This document shows, piece after piece, positions 10,950-25,057 of a DNA stretch of 64,000 nt (within the stretch, counting starts at the first letter, position 1; the number at the start of each line of letters is the position of its first letter). The notes below the pieces were generated by a model. That model was not told where the DNA came from. It did not search any database and saw only the letters and a list, made by a program, of their open reading frames with translations. The stretch covers positions 1-64,000 of the forward strand of contig JASVEC010000012.1 of the NCBI GenBank assembly GCA_030770535.1. Reading direction: 5' to 3'. The DNA comes from Batkoa obscura. Its lineage: Eukaryota. Position numbers and translations under genes: made by a program.

Positions 10950-13128
10950 TTATTCTTGAGCAAGTGCCATAAGAGAACCAATAAAGATCATAATCTAAAA
11001 GTTAAATTTAGCTATTAATTATGTAAATATAAAAATTCTTTACCATCTTAGGTTTAATCTCTACAATATCTTCTGGCAATAAAAAGATAGTTGCATTCAT
11101 TTTACGTGCAATTGAAATGGCATACTTTGCATTAAGTTTAGCATCATCCTCTATTAATTATAGTTAATATTACCGTTGTTGATATTATCGCTTATATTAT
11201 ATTACCTGTTCTTCCAGGAGTAACTAAAGAATAATCAACAATGCCAGGTCTTAAACTATCTAATAAATCCAAAAGGAAATGGGCATTTCCAAGAGATGTA
11301 TCCCTGAAAGAAGCAATCTTTGAGTTTTTATTGCTACTTGACACTTTTTTATTGGCCCATGCAATAATATCTGAGTCAGTTAAATCACGTCCATTCTTAG
11401 AAAGTGATTTGAGTGTTTTTATTACATTTGCTCTCATAATTTGCCATACTAAGCCTAAAATGTTTATGCTTTATAAGTGCTATTCATGTAAGTATATATT
11501 ATAATTACCTAATGTTAAAGTAACAGATCCATCAGTAATATCTGCTCCTTGAATACCTACTAATGAGAAATTTAATTCTTTTCCTATATGAATAAGGTTA
11601 TTGGTATTTTCGACTTGTTTGAACCTAGATAATGGAACATCGGATCCCTCTCTTGGCTTATTAACTAACCTCCAGTTAATCAAATCTGGTTTAATACGCT
11701 CAATAGCTTGAAGTAATACTCGTCCATCTTTACAATCTTCAAATAAATTATAAACATAAGGCTCAACATTAAGACTGTTAAGCCATAATGTAAATGCTCT
11801 TGCTTCACGTAATGAATTTGGATCAATCTCTTCTTCTTCTTCCATCTGCACAGCTTCAACTTGTTCTTCTTCGGTCAATGGTTCAAGAGAAGGATGATTA
11901 TTAAATAAATGAGCAACAAAAGCAAGATTTAATTTTGGATTTCCATTCAACAATGTTTTGACTGTAAGATATTTACGGCATCCAATTTTATCAGCATTTT
12001 CTAATACCTAATAACGATTATTATTAAAGGCTAATATTAAAAATTAAAAATTACTTTTTCTGCTCTTGAAGTCAAATTACTATCCTTAAGAGGATCGCGT
12101 GAGCAAAGATCAGGGGCAATTTGATTTAACAAAACTGTGTAATTTTCGCCATCTTTAACATCTTTTGAAAAATTACTAACTCTTCTTTCCCATTTGGCAT
12201 TCTTTAAATGATAGTTAAACCAACGTAATAAAATTTGTTCGGCTGGTAACTTAAGAAAATCATTTAAATTTTCATCTTCCTCAAGTAAACGATATAACTC
12301 AGGATGATACTTGATATCGATTTTAGATAATAATCCAATCTTAATGATTTGCCATACTAATCCTAAAATAAGATGCTCTCTTCCTTCAATTAAATCCCCA
12401 CTACCAATATTAACTACTGAACACCCAATTGCTTTTGCTGAGTTAATAACTAAATTGTTATTCTCAGTCATTTGGAAATTATTTATTTTTCCTTTATTTA
12501 ATACACGCTCATCGATAGTATCAGGTGAGGCATGATTAATCAATTTTGATAAAATTAAACCATCACGGCACTCATCAAATAACTGCATGGTATCAGGATC
12601 AATAGGAATCTTATTTTTGAGGTCTTCATCATGTTCAAGGGCATCATTAATATGAATAGTAAATTCTACTTTTTCATCTTCATTTAAAGTATGAGCGGTA
12701 TCTGATTGATTTGCACCACGTACAGTAACTACTTTTTTACCAAAAGCATTCATTGAGCTTTCAACTCCTTTTGCTTTACCAGATTTAAGCTTTTGAATAA
12801 TCTAAATACAATTAATTATTATTCAAATAGCACTTAATATTAGTTTACTTCAATGTATTCTTCTACTTCGATAGTACCATTGGCATTTATATCAACTTCT
12901 TTTAAAGTTGATCTCACTTGGTCATAAGTTCCAAGGTTAGTACAGCTTTTCATAAGCTCACTTTGATCAATGGAACCATCTCCATTTAAATCGATTTGAC
13001 TGAAAATAATTAACGTTGAACATAAAACATTAAAAAACTTACCTGAAGTCATCAATCAAAGTTTGTATTTCACCTAAAGATAATGTAGGGAATTTGCGTT
13101 TAATTTTAATGGGGTCTGCAGAGCTCAT
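10950..13128 (-). CDS. SAC6: Fimbrin/plastin (EF-hands plus four CH domains), multi-exon
   Basis: EF-hands DLNGDGSID and DINANGTIE; PDTIDERVLN, GCSVVNIG, EQILLRWFNYHL, GNPKLNLAFVAHLFN, FSLVGIQGADITDG. Confidence 0.97.
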
Positions 13129-13653
13129 TCTAAATAATATGAATATAAATAGGTAAAATTATTATCTGAGTTTATACTTTTAGTCTTTTTATATTCTTTG
13201 GTTGCCAAGTTTATAAGTTAAAAATGGTTTAAAATAAATAATCTTTTATTCCAAGTAATTTTAGCATCATCAAAAAATAGCCAATTATCAATGGCTTCAA
13301 GGTCGAAATTAAGTAAACCTACTGCTATTGGCTACATTCAAAATAATTTACCAAGAAAATGATTGTTTTGTTTTAAATTACTCATTATAGAACAATTTAT
13401 AATATGATATGGCATTGTATAACATTACTTTGAGCTACCCTACAATACCTGTATGTTATATGTACAGTATAAAATAAAATAAGATAACATAATTACATAT
13501 ATTATACTATCCTTTATATGAATACTGAATTAAATTACTTTTTAAGCCCAAAAAATAATTTTTATAGATGAAATTTAAAAACCTAAAAAATAAATCAAAA
13601 CACTACGAAATTTATTTTTATAAATAATTTTAAAAAATAATCAATAAAGGGAG

Positions 13654-14940
13654 ATGAGTAAAGAAACACAAATGCCACAAAATGAAGAACCAGAGAATAA
13701 AAGATTGAGTGTAAAAGAACGTATGGCACTGTTTGAAAAGACTACTAATTCATCAATCAACAACAATAAAATAGCTCCAATAAGAAAAGTTGAAGTTGAA
13801 AGAGAAACAAAGAAAGCAGATGATTATTTAACAAGAAGAAGGACATTACCACCAAAGCCAAAGCATCTTATGGATTATAAAAACAATACAAACAACCAAG
13901 GTAATACTAAGGTATTCAAGTAATCAATAGAGTTAATATTTGACTATAAAATCAAAGATTTAAATAAAACCGAAAAGAAGCCAATTTTACATCCTACAAG
14001 GCCTGCCCCACCTCCGCCTTTACCTAAAAAGGAACCACTAGACAACGCTAATAATAATAGTAATAGCGATAATAAAGAAGTAAATAATAATAGCATTATT
14101 TCCGCTAAGGTAATAGATTTAAAAAATTAAGCATATTTAAGTTAATATCATCACAGAGCAGAACAAAACAAAATGGTTTAAATGATGTAGAAAAGAGATA
14201 CTCTTTACCAAAAGTAATTAAAGTTGTTATTTTATTTTTATTTTTATTTTTTATTTTTTATTTTTTATAGAAATTAAATGCTCCACCTATTCCAAGTAAA
14301 AAAGAAGCATTGCTAAAGTTAAAAGAAATGAATACTATTAAAGTAATTACAGTTGTTAATAATTTATTTCAATAAAATAATGTAAATAGGATCCTATTTT
14401 ACCACCAAAATTACCGAACCGAAATAACAGTAATGATAGTGAACATCAAAATGTAGTATAATGCTAATTATATTAAATTACTCTCTTAATAATTTTATAT
14501 CATCTAGGGTGATATTGCTCCACCTAAACTTCCAATTAGGAGGCAAACTGAAATCGAAGATGGTAATAATATAAGTATTTATTATTATAATATAACTAAC
14601 CATGCTAATAGAAGATCCTATTCAACGTAAAATAATACAGATACCCAAAAATGATCAAATAAGATACAACAAATTATATGTAACGTTAAAACAGAATGGA
14701 AATGAAGAAGAAAAAGGTAAATTAGTTTTATAGCATAATAGTTAATCTAAATATTATGTAGATAAAATAGTGATATCAAAGGTAGTAGAATTGTTTTTAT
14801 TATCCAAGTTAGATATTGAAACGTTAGCTAAGATATGGGATATGTGTGATATAAAACAAAAGGGTTATTTAGATAAAAATTCATTTATATTAGCTTTATA
14901 TTTAATTGATCAAAGATTAAAAGGTATTAAAATTTGTTAA
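13654..14940 (+). CDS. Proline-rich protein with C-terminal EH domain (Irs4/Tax4-like architecture), multi-exon
   Basis: SVKERMALFE, repeated PP(K/L)LPxR motifs, terminal LSKLDIETLAKIWDMCD...GYLDKNSFILALYLIDQRLKG. Confidence 0.8.
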
Positions 14941-15133
14941 ATAATAAATCCTTTTTCTTATAAATTTTATTAAATCGTTGTCATTATCAATGTAGTACTA
15001 TTGTAATTATATTTCTTTATTATGTTGTATCATTGTTGTACTTTTTAATAAAACTATTAATGTATAATATATATAAATATGAATTAAATCTATATAAAAA
15101 TATTTATTCTATTAGCTACAAAAAATAAATGAT

Positions 15134-16329
15134 TTAACTTTGTCGTTCCTCTTTTTGTTGTTGAGCATATTCCCTACGTGATTTTTTAGAAGGTGTTCTT
15201 AAAGAAGAGGAAGAGGGCAATTGAGTAAATTTTATACTCTCAGATAAATAAGACTGTAATCTAGAAGGGATGATTTTGGTTGCTTCAAGGATGTGGGCTC
15301 GTAACTGCGATAAACCAAATTTAGCTTGTAATGGTGCTAAAAATAATAAATTATGTTTTTTAAACTGAGAATGCTCAACTAAATATTTAGCCAATATTGA
15401 ACTTTGTGGATTCAAAAAGGCTTCTTCCCAATAAGTAGCATTCAGTTTATCTGCTTTAGTTATAAGTATTTGGTAAGGTACTTGTAACTTTTCAAGTAAT
15501 TCTAATATAATTTTATCATATGTTTTGAATCCACGTTTAGATTCAATAAGTAAATAAACCATTTTAAGCTTGCCTTTATCAGACACTCCTCTTTTAAGGT
15601 AATTTTCTACTAGTTCTCCCCACTCGACCCTACTTTTATAACCATACCCAGGCACATCTACTAATATTAATTTGTTCCCTATTTCAAATAAATTTAATGT
15701 TTTTGTATGCCCCTATAATTGATATTAATTTAATAAACTATAGATTTAATGTTTAATTACCGGCTTCTTGGATGTTTTTGCTAATTTTTTCGTATTTAAT
15801 AAGCAATTAATTAAAGTGGATTTTCCAGCATTAGATACACCCAAAAATGCTACTTCTGGAAGGGACTTATTTGGCCAACTAAATTTATGGTAATCTTGCT
15901 CCTCTTCATCTGGTATATGACCGACAGAGCTAACAAAATTAGCTGGTTTTATAAAAAATTCTGTTGAATATTCTCTAATTTCTGGATGTGGTATTGATGC
16001 TAACTCAATATTTGGAATGATTTTTACTCCTTTTCTTTTTATCATATTTTTACTAATTTCTATAAAATTTATTAAATTATTATTTAAAATTGAATTATTT
16101 TACCTTCATCATTATTTAATAACGGGTTATTAGATCCTTCATTTTGAGCTTGATTTATATTGTCATTGTTAACATTTACCTTATTACTATCGCTATCACT
16201 TATGTTATTGCTATAGTTTATAGCACTACTATTATATAAACATTTATTTATAAGTAATTGGGTTGTAATTTTATTATTTATCACTTTATGTGAAAATAAA
16301 CTTATTCTGTTATTTAAAATTCTAAACAT
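15134..16329 (-). CDS. EngB/YihA-family GTPase, probably mitochondrial (GTPBP8/Mrx8-like); 3 exons
   Basis: LPEVAFLGVSNAGKSTLIN, TSKKPG.T, LVDVPGYG, ITKADK; basic N-terminal presequence MFRILNNRISL. Confidence 0.92.
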
Positions 16330-16460
16330 TAAAAGAATAGTCAAACAAATTCATAGCTCATAAAAATATAAGTTAATTTATGCATAATAATTTATAAGCA
16401 AGAAGAGTTTATTTCAAAATACTTTTAAAATACTTTTAAAATACCCATGTACTGTTAATA

Positions 16461-17362
16461 TTATACCTTTGGGCTCCCAAGAGGCTCAAGGTTTAACTTC
16501 GCGAGTTGCGCAGAGATAGAAGAGCTATCTGATTCAATTGGTAAGGCATCATAGGTAGGATTAAACATGTATTCACAATAAGTTGCGTACCAAGTACTTG
16601 GATCTTTATAAGCTAAATCAAAAGTTATTTACTTATGTTTTAAATATAATATAATTACTATGTATAGCATGAGTATACCATAAGAACATTTCGAATATCT
16701 CTGCTACTTCAGGATTCATTGAATAAACTATGGTCACTACACTCTCAAAAGTATTCTCCCAAGATAAATTATCAAGACTTTGACGGTAAAGCTGATTTAA
16801 CACCTCTACATAAAGGGCTTCGTCTTTAAGGATGCTTAAAGCATCATTAAGCTCTTTCTTACTAAATGCTATTAAGAGTTAATAAAAATTGATTCTGTCA
16901 TTATACAAAATTACCCATATCATTCATAATAGCTCTTTCAAGTAAAATTAACTTAATTTTTGATGAGTAAATACTTGGGATTTGATTCAATACGTTTTCT
17001 AATTCTTTCATTACTTCCGAATGCGTAGTTTCAAGATGATCAAACTGGAGTGAATTAATAAATAACTTCAGATAATGAGGATCTTTTTCAACAGCTTCAT
17101 AAATATCTTCCAAGAGTTCAAATGATTCGCACATTTGTTGAAGGCCAAAAGATAAAGTTTGATCACCCTTTGTTAATTCCAAAATTTGCTCATATTCTTT
17201 AACATTGTTTGAAAATAACTTCTTAATCTCAGGCAAGTCTTTCCAACCTAATAAAGTTAAGGTATCTAATAACTCATCAAAGGACTCGTTATCTATTTGA
17301 TCTTTTGTTTTAAATAAAAGATCAATTCCTTTATTAATACATTCGCTTGTTTTGTCTTCCAT
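16461..17362 (-). CDS. Hypothetical helical protein; 3 exons
   Basis: ORF 16901-17362 continues through two GT-AG introns to ...DPSTWYATYCEYMFNP...LGSPKV*. No family recognised. Confidence 0.7.
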
Positions 17363-18025
17363 TTTTTAATAAAAAAATAATGTCACCTCATAATATTTAT
17401 ATACCTCTTTTCATGTTTCAGATTAACCTTAACTGATTGCTTTAACCTGAATCAAATACTAAGCAGAAGTCACATTAAACATTTGACTCAGCCAAATAGA
17501 AAGTGTTAAATACTCTAACCTGATTAAATTATTAGATAATTAAGCATGCATTATTTTAAATAATTTATTGATTTGTGAAGTTTATAAAATAATAGTGTGT
17601 TTAAACATCAAAATTTATTATGTTAATAAATGCTTTATAAAAATTGGCCTTTAGAATAAAAATTCAATCAAATTCGTGTGGCTGATCATATTAAATATTT
17701 TAAAATAAATTGTTAGTTTTAAGGCTGATTTCTTTAAAATTAGAGCATTTATTATAAAATTATTACTAATTATTACAATAATAAGCCATCAAAAACAATT
17801 GTTACTATAAATAAAAGATAAATAATATTTGTACTAAATTTTAGAAGTAGTATACATTTAATGTATCAAGTCATATTAAAATAAAATCAAGTTGTAATAG
17901 TTCGAACAGAAATATCAATTTTAATGATTTTTATTTAAAAATAAAATAAAACAAAAAGAATTAATATTATTTTTGATGAATAATAGAATTTAATTTTCAA
18001 AGATAAGTTAGTAAGTGTGATTATT

Positions 18026-19237
18026 TTAAAGTGTCAATGAAGAAGACGATGAAGTTTGACTTGAAGTGGTCATTAAATCGGTCTCATCATTAAATGCTAT
18101 GTTTAAAGCACCTAAAAATTGTTTGGAATATGGCCCTGATTGTAAAGAATCTGCTACCTGGCAAATTTGATTAAATATAGGTTGAAGCTTTTCAATTAAT
18201 TCTTTTTTTAATGAGGGTGGAGGTGTAGAAGTAGCTAACCAATTTTTTAATACTTTAATATTGTATGGACAAATATTAAATAATGATTTATCTAATTCTT
18301 TAATTGTAGAATTATAAGATTCAAACCAAGGATATACAGATTCGCCTTCCCTTATACCTAAAAGTGGTTTATCTCTTTGTAAAAAACAACTTAAAAGTGA
18401 AAGCCTTGGAATAGCAAATATCACAGATGGGTCAAATTCTTCAATTAATTCCTTATCTAAAATTTCTTCTTTTATACTTAACTTAATGTTCTCTTTCAAT
18501 ATCAATGAAAATAATTCAAAATTTTCTGGACGGTCCAATTCGTTTTGTACTTGCATAGCTGAAAAGTAAGATTGGCAAATATCTCTTTCAAATGTTGCCC
18601 ATGCTTGATCAAAATCACTTAATACAGGATAAAGACAATTATAAGCTGGTTCTGGTTTTTCCAAAGCACGAAGCCTAAATACATGACGAAGTGCTTCCAA
18701 TGCTGCACAAAGTTGTAATGCTGGTACTTTTAATTCTTCTGAGCAATGTTCAATACCACGTATATGAAATCCATGAACAATGGCTTGAGCTGCAAATAAA
18801 ATGTTTTCAGAGAAACCTTGATTTAATTCAATTTGGTCTTCAAGTGGTAGATTTGTTCTATGTGCTTTTGAAATCTTTAATTCTTCATCCATATCAGAAT
18901 AAATTAGATAAATTGTATCAAGTAAAAGTTTTTGAGATAAATGAACTCGTTCAGTATAACGATGAAATCTCCTGCTACATACACTTTTTACTTTTTCCAA
19001 ATGTTTGATTGCATCACTTAGATGTTCTTCAGCAAAAAAATAAAGAGATAATGGGTGTGATTCATTGAGTTTAGGTATTGAGTCTGATTTTGATAATTTC
19101 AACTTTTGGAATTTAAAAATAGAAGCAACAGATGATACAGTGGGTATATTGGGATGATTATTGGCTTGGTTGGCAGTGGTAGCCGATGTGTTTTGAGGTT
19201 GAACAGAATTTGAACGGAATGAAGGCAAGTTGAGCAT
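18026..19237 (-). CDS. Lateral signaling target 2 (Lst2/ZFYVE28)-like protein lacking the FYVE domain
   Basis: ENILFAAQAI..G..I, L.DFD.AWATFE, IEEFDPSVIFAIPRL and ICQVADSLQS resemble conserved Lst2 blocks as I recall them. Confidence 0.78.
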   Translation of the reverse strand: MLNLPSFRSNSVQPQNTSATTANQANNHPNIPTVSSVASIFKFQKLKLSKSDSIPKLNESHPLSLYFFAEEHLSDAIKHLEKVKSVCSRRFHRYTERVHLSQKLLLDTIYLIYSDMDEELKISKAHRTNLPLEDQIELNQGFSENILFAAQAIVHGFHIRGIEHCSEELKVPALQLCAALEALRHVFRLRALEKPEPAYNCLYPVLSDFDQAWATFERDICQSYFSAMQVQNELDRPENFELFSLILKENIKLSIKEEILDKELIEEFDPSVIFAIPRLSLLSCFLQRDKPLLGIREGESVYPWFESYNSTIKELDKSLFNICPYNIKVLKNWLATSTPPPSLKKELIEKLQPIFNQICQVADSLQSGPYSKQFLGALNIAFNDETDLMTTSSQTSSSSSLTL

Positions 19238-20684
19238 TTTTAATTAATAAAATGAAAAAGATTCAATATTTAATTGATTAAATAATGAATTTAAGAATAT
19301 TCAATTTTAATTTTAAAAAATAAAAAAGGATTTAAAGCACAACTTGATATTTAAATATTATTTGTTATATTTTTAGTGAATCCCCATGTAAGGTATATAT
19401 AAATTAAGGGGTAACTTTGTATGTGAACCTCCTAAACAACTTAAAAATAATATCTTCTAATTGGTAAACTCAGCCTGATTAAGGAGTAGAATATCAAGAA
19501 AGCCTAAGCATCATTTTGATTGGTGCTCATACAAATTAGAATGGTGTGACTACTATATAAAACTATAAATTTCGATTATTACATCATTGTTCAATATATG
19601 TTTGATAGAAAAAGTTTAAGTCAAAACTATTTGATGTAAAATTAATCTAAGGAGAACTTAAATTTACTAATATTAGAATTTAAATTATTTATTTGTTTAA
19701 GATTATTTTTTAAATATACAATTTATTCATTTATAGCTATAATTAATTGTATAATATAATATATTGAAATAAAATGTTGGTAAAAATAAAATGACTCGCT
19801 TTTAATGAAATAGCAATTAACTATAATTGTTTATTTAATCAAGTTAAACTATTTTTATAAGCATAAAATTAGTTGCTATTAATTGAAAAAATACTTTTGA
19901 AATTTAAATTTAAATCTTTTATCTAATACTTAAAAGTAAAACATTATCATAAACCTTAATTAATACATTTAAAATAAGGTTTAATTTATTACCAGTAATG
20001 AATTATAATTACCTATGTATTTTTAAATATTACAGAAATTATCTAGAATCGTTGTCTTTCATTATTTTATACACAACAATATTAAATTAAAGTTGAGAAA
20101 TTCACTCTGATATTTAATATTTATTCAAAACAATATAAAGCATAAGCTTAAAGGAGAAGGGTACTTAGTAAACTAAAGTCACAAAATTAAATAATATAGA
20201 ATAAAAAAAATTTCATAGCTTAAAATAATTTAAGATTTAAGGTTTAGTATATAAAGTTTAACTAAATATAATATTAATAAAACATCTACCAGAGATATTC
20301 ATAAAATGGAACACATTAAAAGTTTAAATGAATAAGTATCAATTAATGACAATAAGTCCTAATAAAGCAAATTGATACTATTAGTATTGTATATATAAAG
20401 TAGTATTAAATAAACTATATTCATTCAAACGGAAATAAATACAAACTATTGTCATAAAAAATATTATTCTCTATAATATTATATGAATTTCTATTAATAG
20501 CTTTCATATGAAATCATAAACTCATTATTAAAATATAATAATATTATAAGTCCTTTTACAAATCCTATCTATTATCTACTATACAATATTAATTTGTGAA
20601 TAATCAACTTCAATAATATAAAACTTGTTGTTTAAATTTTAAAGGCTAAACAAGTAAATATTTAATTAAAAGAATTAAGTTAAC

Positions 20685-22128
20685 TTAAATCCAATCAAAA
20701 TCGGTTGGTAAATTAAAACGAGAGTGAAACTCAGCATCACGAGAACGCCAGTTGACGGATACAGGAGGAATAGGAGTACACAAGACATCATGACAATTAT
20801 AGATGGGATTCCCTAAGTTAAAGGGGTTGCCTTCATAAGTTATGGCATGCGATCTAAATTTTTCATGAGTTGTCTTATTTGTCATTATTAAATAAATGTG
20901 AAATAAAAATAAGGAGCCTAAGGATAATGTGAATACAAATGTATAGATAGCTAAAACTAGTGACATTGGCGCTTTGCTTAGTACTTGTAAGAAATCATCA
21001 ATACCATGCTCAAGTATATCAGTATATATCCAGTATAAATGCAATACACTAAATATTAAAATATACAAACACAATGATAGTATAGAACTTAAAAAAAGGA
21101 AAAAGAAGCGATAGTTCCTTTTACCAATACAGTTATTAACCCAAACACAATGATGGTCCATACGCTCTAATTATTTAATTTAAATTATAAATCACAATAA
21201 CGACTTTAAACTTTAAATACCTATACATGAGTCACATTGTGCACAATGTGATGCGCGTGGTGGACGATATATGCCGCATGTATCACAATATTTCAATCTA
21301 ATTTCTACACCATTTACTGTAGTGAACTTTGATGGGGCGGATGGTAAAATTCCTCTTTGAAGATCTATAGATGGAACCTGCCTAAGATCTATAATGTAAT
21401 CGCCTTCAGGTTTTTTTGGAACAATCTAATACATGTTAATTAATGTATATAAAATGAACACTTGAATTACCCCTGGATCACTAAATGATGTTTTCCATAA
21501 TAGCGCAATAGACTGCAAAAATAATCCCACAAATACCAATGGTACTGCAATACTCAAATTATCCCAAAGGTAAGGACAGCTATAGAAAAAAGTATTAATT
21601 AATGTATATAATAACTTATATAACATACACAAAGATAGAAAAAAGAATGGATGGGATAATAATTAGGACATGACTGATTCCAAACATTAATGGTTCATTG
21701 CCAGTAACAAGCCTACCTTTTAATAAAAAACGATTATTTGATGGATAATATTTATAAATTGGTGGAACATTGGCTTTGCTATTTTGATCTTCATGCGATT
21801 CCATATTCTCGTGGTTGATATGTGTATGAGAAGAATTTGCATTTTCTTGAGGTGGCCTTGAGCTAGATAAAATTGGCTGTGGGTATTCAAACTCGACTCT
21901 AGTTTCATTGGGCACAGCATTCTGCTCTTTACCATTCACATCATGTATAAAAGATGTATCCATATTTAATGATTTAAACGAAGGGAATGATTCAATGTAA
22001 AATGGCCTTATATTCTTTTTGGGCGGTAAATGCTCTCCTTCTTCTTCTGTTGTGCTGACTTTACTATCCCCTTCTTCTATCCGAGGCTTAGTAATTTTGA
22101 TTGAAAGATTTGGCTTTACAAACTTCAT
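20685..22128 (-). CDS. ERF2: DHHC palmitoyltransferase, Erf2/ZDHHC9-like; 4 exons
   Basis: [43 protein letters not shown]-terminal NRF..KGRL; SDPG; TTHE; NPFN.G. Confidence 0.92.
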
Positions 22129-22890
22129 TACGTTATTACATAAAGAATTTTGAATTCAGAGAATAACTTTTATTAATTTCCTTAGTTCATGAAGCCTTGA
22201 TTAAACCAATTAAAGATAAACAAGAAATATATATTTTTTATGATTGGATATATAATTCATTCCAAATAATAACATTTTTTAATTAGGCATATTTACCTAT
22301 AACTGAAAGGGTTCTAAAAATATTCAAGTTTTATAAAAGTACCCCATATTTTAAACATTTTTTTATGGATGCTTATTTATTAGGAGTGTTGAATTAAACC
22401 AAAATAGTTATTAGAATTTTATCATTCAACTTTAGTCAAAAATTATTTTGATAATCATGACATACGTAAATTCTGTCATTTAAATTAATTTTATTTTAAA
22501 TAAAGCTTATAATATTAATATAATTCCTTGTATATATTGCTTATAAACTACAATTAAAGATTTAGCTATAATTTATAATTTTAGAGCTTTTTCATATTTA
22601 AAAAATTAAAATAATTTTTTACAAAAATCAAGGTTTTGATCCTGCAATTAATTAATTTTTTGAAGGTAAACCAGTATGCTAAATGTATTAAAGTGATATA
22701 TTTGTTAAAAATAATAACTTAGACAAAACATCCAATTTAATTTTATTGATCATTATTTTAATAAAAGTATCGTATGTTAGGTCATTTAGTTACTGTACTT
22801 TATTTAAATAAAATAAACTTTACTTAACATTTAGTCAATTTATTTATCTTTCAATTAAACTTAAGCCTATAAACCAATTGTCAATTTAGT

Positions 22891-22952
22891 AGCCAATAAG
22901 CTTGAATTGAGCGCGACACGGTATAATTTTAAATTGAAATAATTATGATTGG
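22891..22952. promoter_or_regulatory. PRI2 promoter: two CCAAT boxes flanking a GCGCGACA (E2F/MBF-like) site
   Basis: AGCCAAT at 22891, GCGCGACA at 22911, TGATTGG at 22946; 75-135 bp upstream of the ATG. Confidence 0.5.
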
Positions 22953-23025
22953 ATCATCTGTAATTTTCGTGTTTTATAGCAAAAAGGGATTTTTGGAATT
23001 AAATCATTTTTAAATATTTATTAAA

Positions 23026-24921
23026 ATGTTTCAACAAAATAGAAATCATCGTACACTTGGAAGTGGGTATGAAAGAAGAGGGTTGCCAAGCAGGGATCTT
23101 AACTCCACTTCTAAATTAAACGACTCATACGTAAGCGAGTTAAATTGGTATAATCAAGCACCCGAAGAAGAGATCACAATTGAAGAATTTGAAACATTTG
23201 CAATAGATAGATTAAGTGGTAATACTCCTTTAAAATATTCTGAAATATGGATAAATTTTACGTTAACAGTTTTGAAGGCATTGGAAGCTGCCAATATCCG
23301 TAAAAAAGTTGGTAAAGAATTGGAAGAAATATTTTTAAGAGTATCAAGAGAACATTTACCTTTGGCGCATATATCTTCAACAGCAGATAATTATAAAATT
23401 TTGAGAAAAGATCATATTTCACATTTTATTTTAAGACTTGTGTTTTGTAGAAGGTAGCCCATGAAATTCCTCAAATATTATATAAATAACTAGAAATATA
23501 GTGAAGATCTTCGTGCCTGGTTTGTCAAATATGAAAGTGTTTTATTCAAGTATTTTTTTCAAGTTTTATATAATTTTTATTTTAATACTTTTTTTAGTCT
23601 TCGTTATACCCAATCTTTAGCTTCAACTAAAGCTCAATTTGTAGCAAAGTTGGGATATGGCTATGAAAAAGTAATTAAATATTCAAATTAATCAATTAAT
23701 ACTTAAAATATTAAAAGGTATCTGAATCAGAAAAACAGCAATTAAAACCTCAACTCAAAGCAGCTAAATTTGGTGGCTTTGGAAACGACTTTGATAGAGA
23801 AGATTTTTTTAAAGTATAATAATAGTATGAATATATTATAAATAATTAACAATACCTTATTAAGGTACCGTTTGAGAAAGTTCCTGAATTAGTAAGTGGT
23901 AGACAAGTGTTTATAAAAAATGGATTTGCTTATGTTCCAAATGAATATTCGTCATCTTGGATTATTGGGGAATTTAAGAATATTTTACGTACTGGATTAT
24001 TAGTGAGTTATTTTATATGCAATAAATGAATTTATAATTTATAATATATTTATAGAATCTCAGTAAAGCTTTACCAAATATAGATGAAGATGAAAGATTA
24101 TTACCAATTTTAAATGCTCTTTCTACCAAGTCATTTTCAACTTATGATCCACTTAAATCACAGCGTAAAGATGTAAAAATATCATATAATGAAATACCGA
24201 GCGTAATTTTGTATAATATAATAGCTATCAAACAATTTAGTTAGTTAAATTTAGGCATCAAAACACTTTCCATTGTGTATGTATAGCAGCTATAAAGGGT
24301 TGACTAAAAATAAGCATTTAAAACATGGAGCACGTATGCAATTTGGTTTATTCTTAAAAGTAATATATATATAATTGTTTTAACATAGCTATAATAATAA
24401 TAAAATAAAGGGAATAGGACTACCATTGGAAGAAGCTTTGGAGTTTTGGCGTAGGTCATTCTCTAGAATGACAGATGATGAATTTAAAAAAGGATATGCT
24501 TATAATATTCGTCATAATTATGGACAAGAAGGAAATCGTAAAGACTATGCTCCTTATGGGTAACTAATTTATCAATTTATTATTCTATTGTAAATATTAA
24601 TATTTGTATAGGTGTGATAAAATTATGAATTCAAACCCAAATGGGCCAGATCAGCATCATGGCTGTCCATTCAAACATTTTTCTATTGATAAGTTAAGAA
24701 ATGAAATTTATGAATTGGCTCCAACTGTAACATCAGAAGATATACGTACAATAACTGATCTTGTTAAGGAGAAGAATTATTCAATAGCTTGTACTAAATT
24801 TTTTGAGCTTAAGCATTCTGCTAACAGTATCAATGGAGCCCAAATCTCATTACCAGATGTAATTGTACACCCAAATCAATTTTATGAATTGAGTGTTAAA
24901 GCATCTTCGAATCAACCTTAA
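23026..24921 (+). CDS. PRI2: DNA primase large subunit, multi-exon
   Basis: [78 protein letters not shown]. Confidence 0.97.
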
Positions 24922-25057
24922 TAAATTTATTCTAATTAAATGTTTGTATTTGTCATATTTGTTATTTCACTTATTATAAATTTAGTTCAATTTGATTGGT
25001 TCTTTATTTTGGTGATCTAAAAGGGCAAAAAAATCATAAACCTTTAGCAAGTTAATT

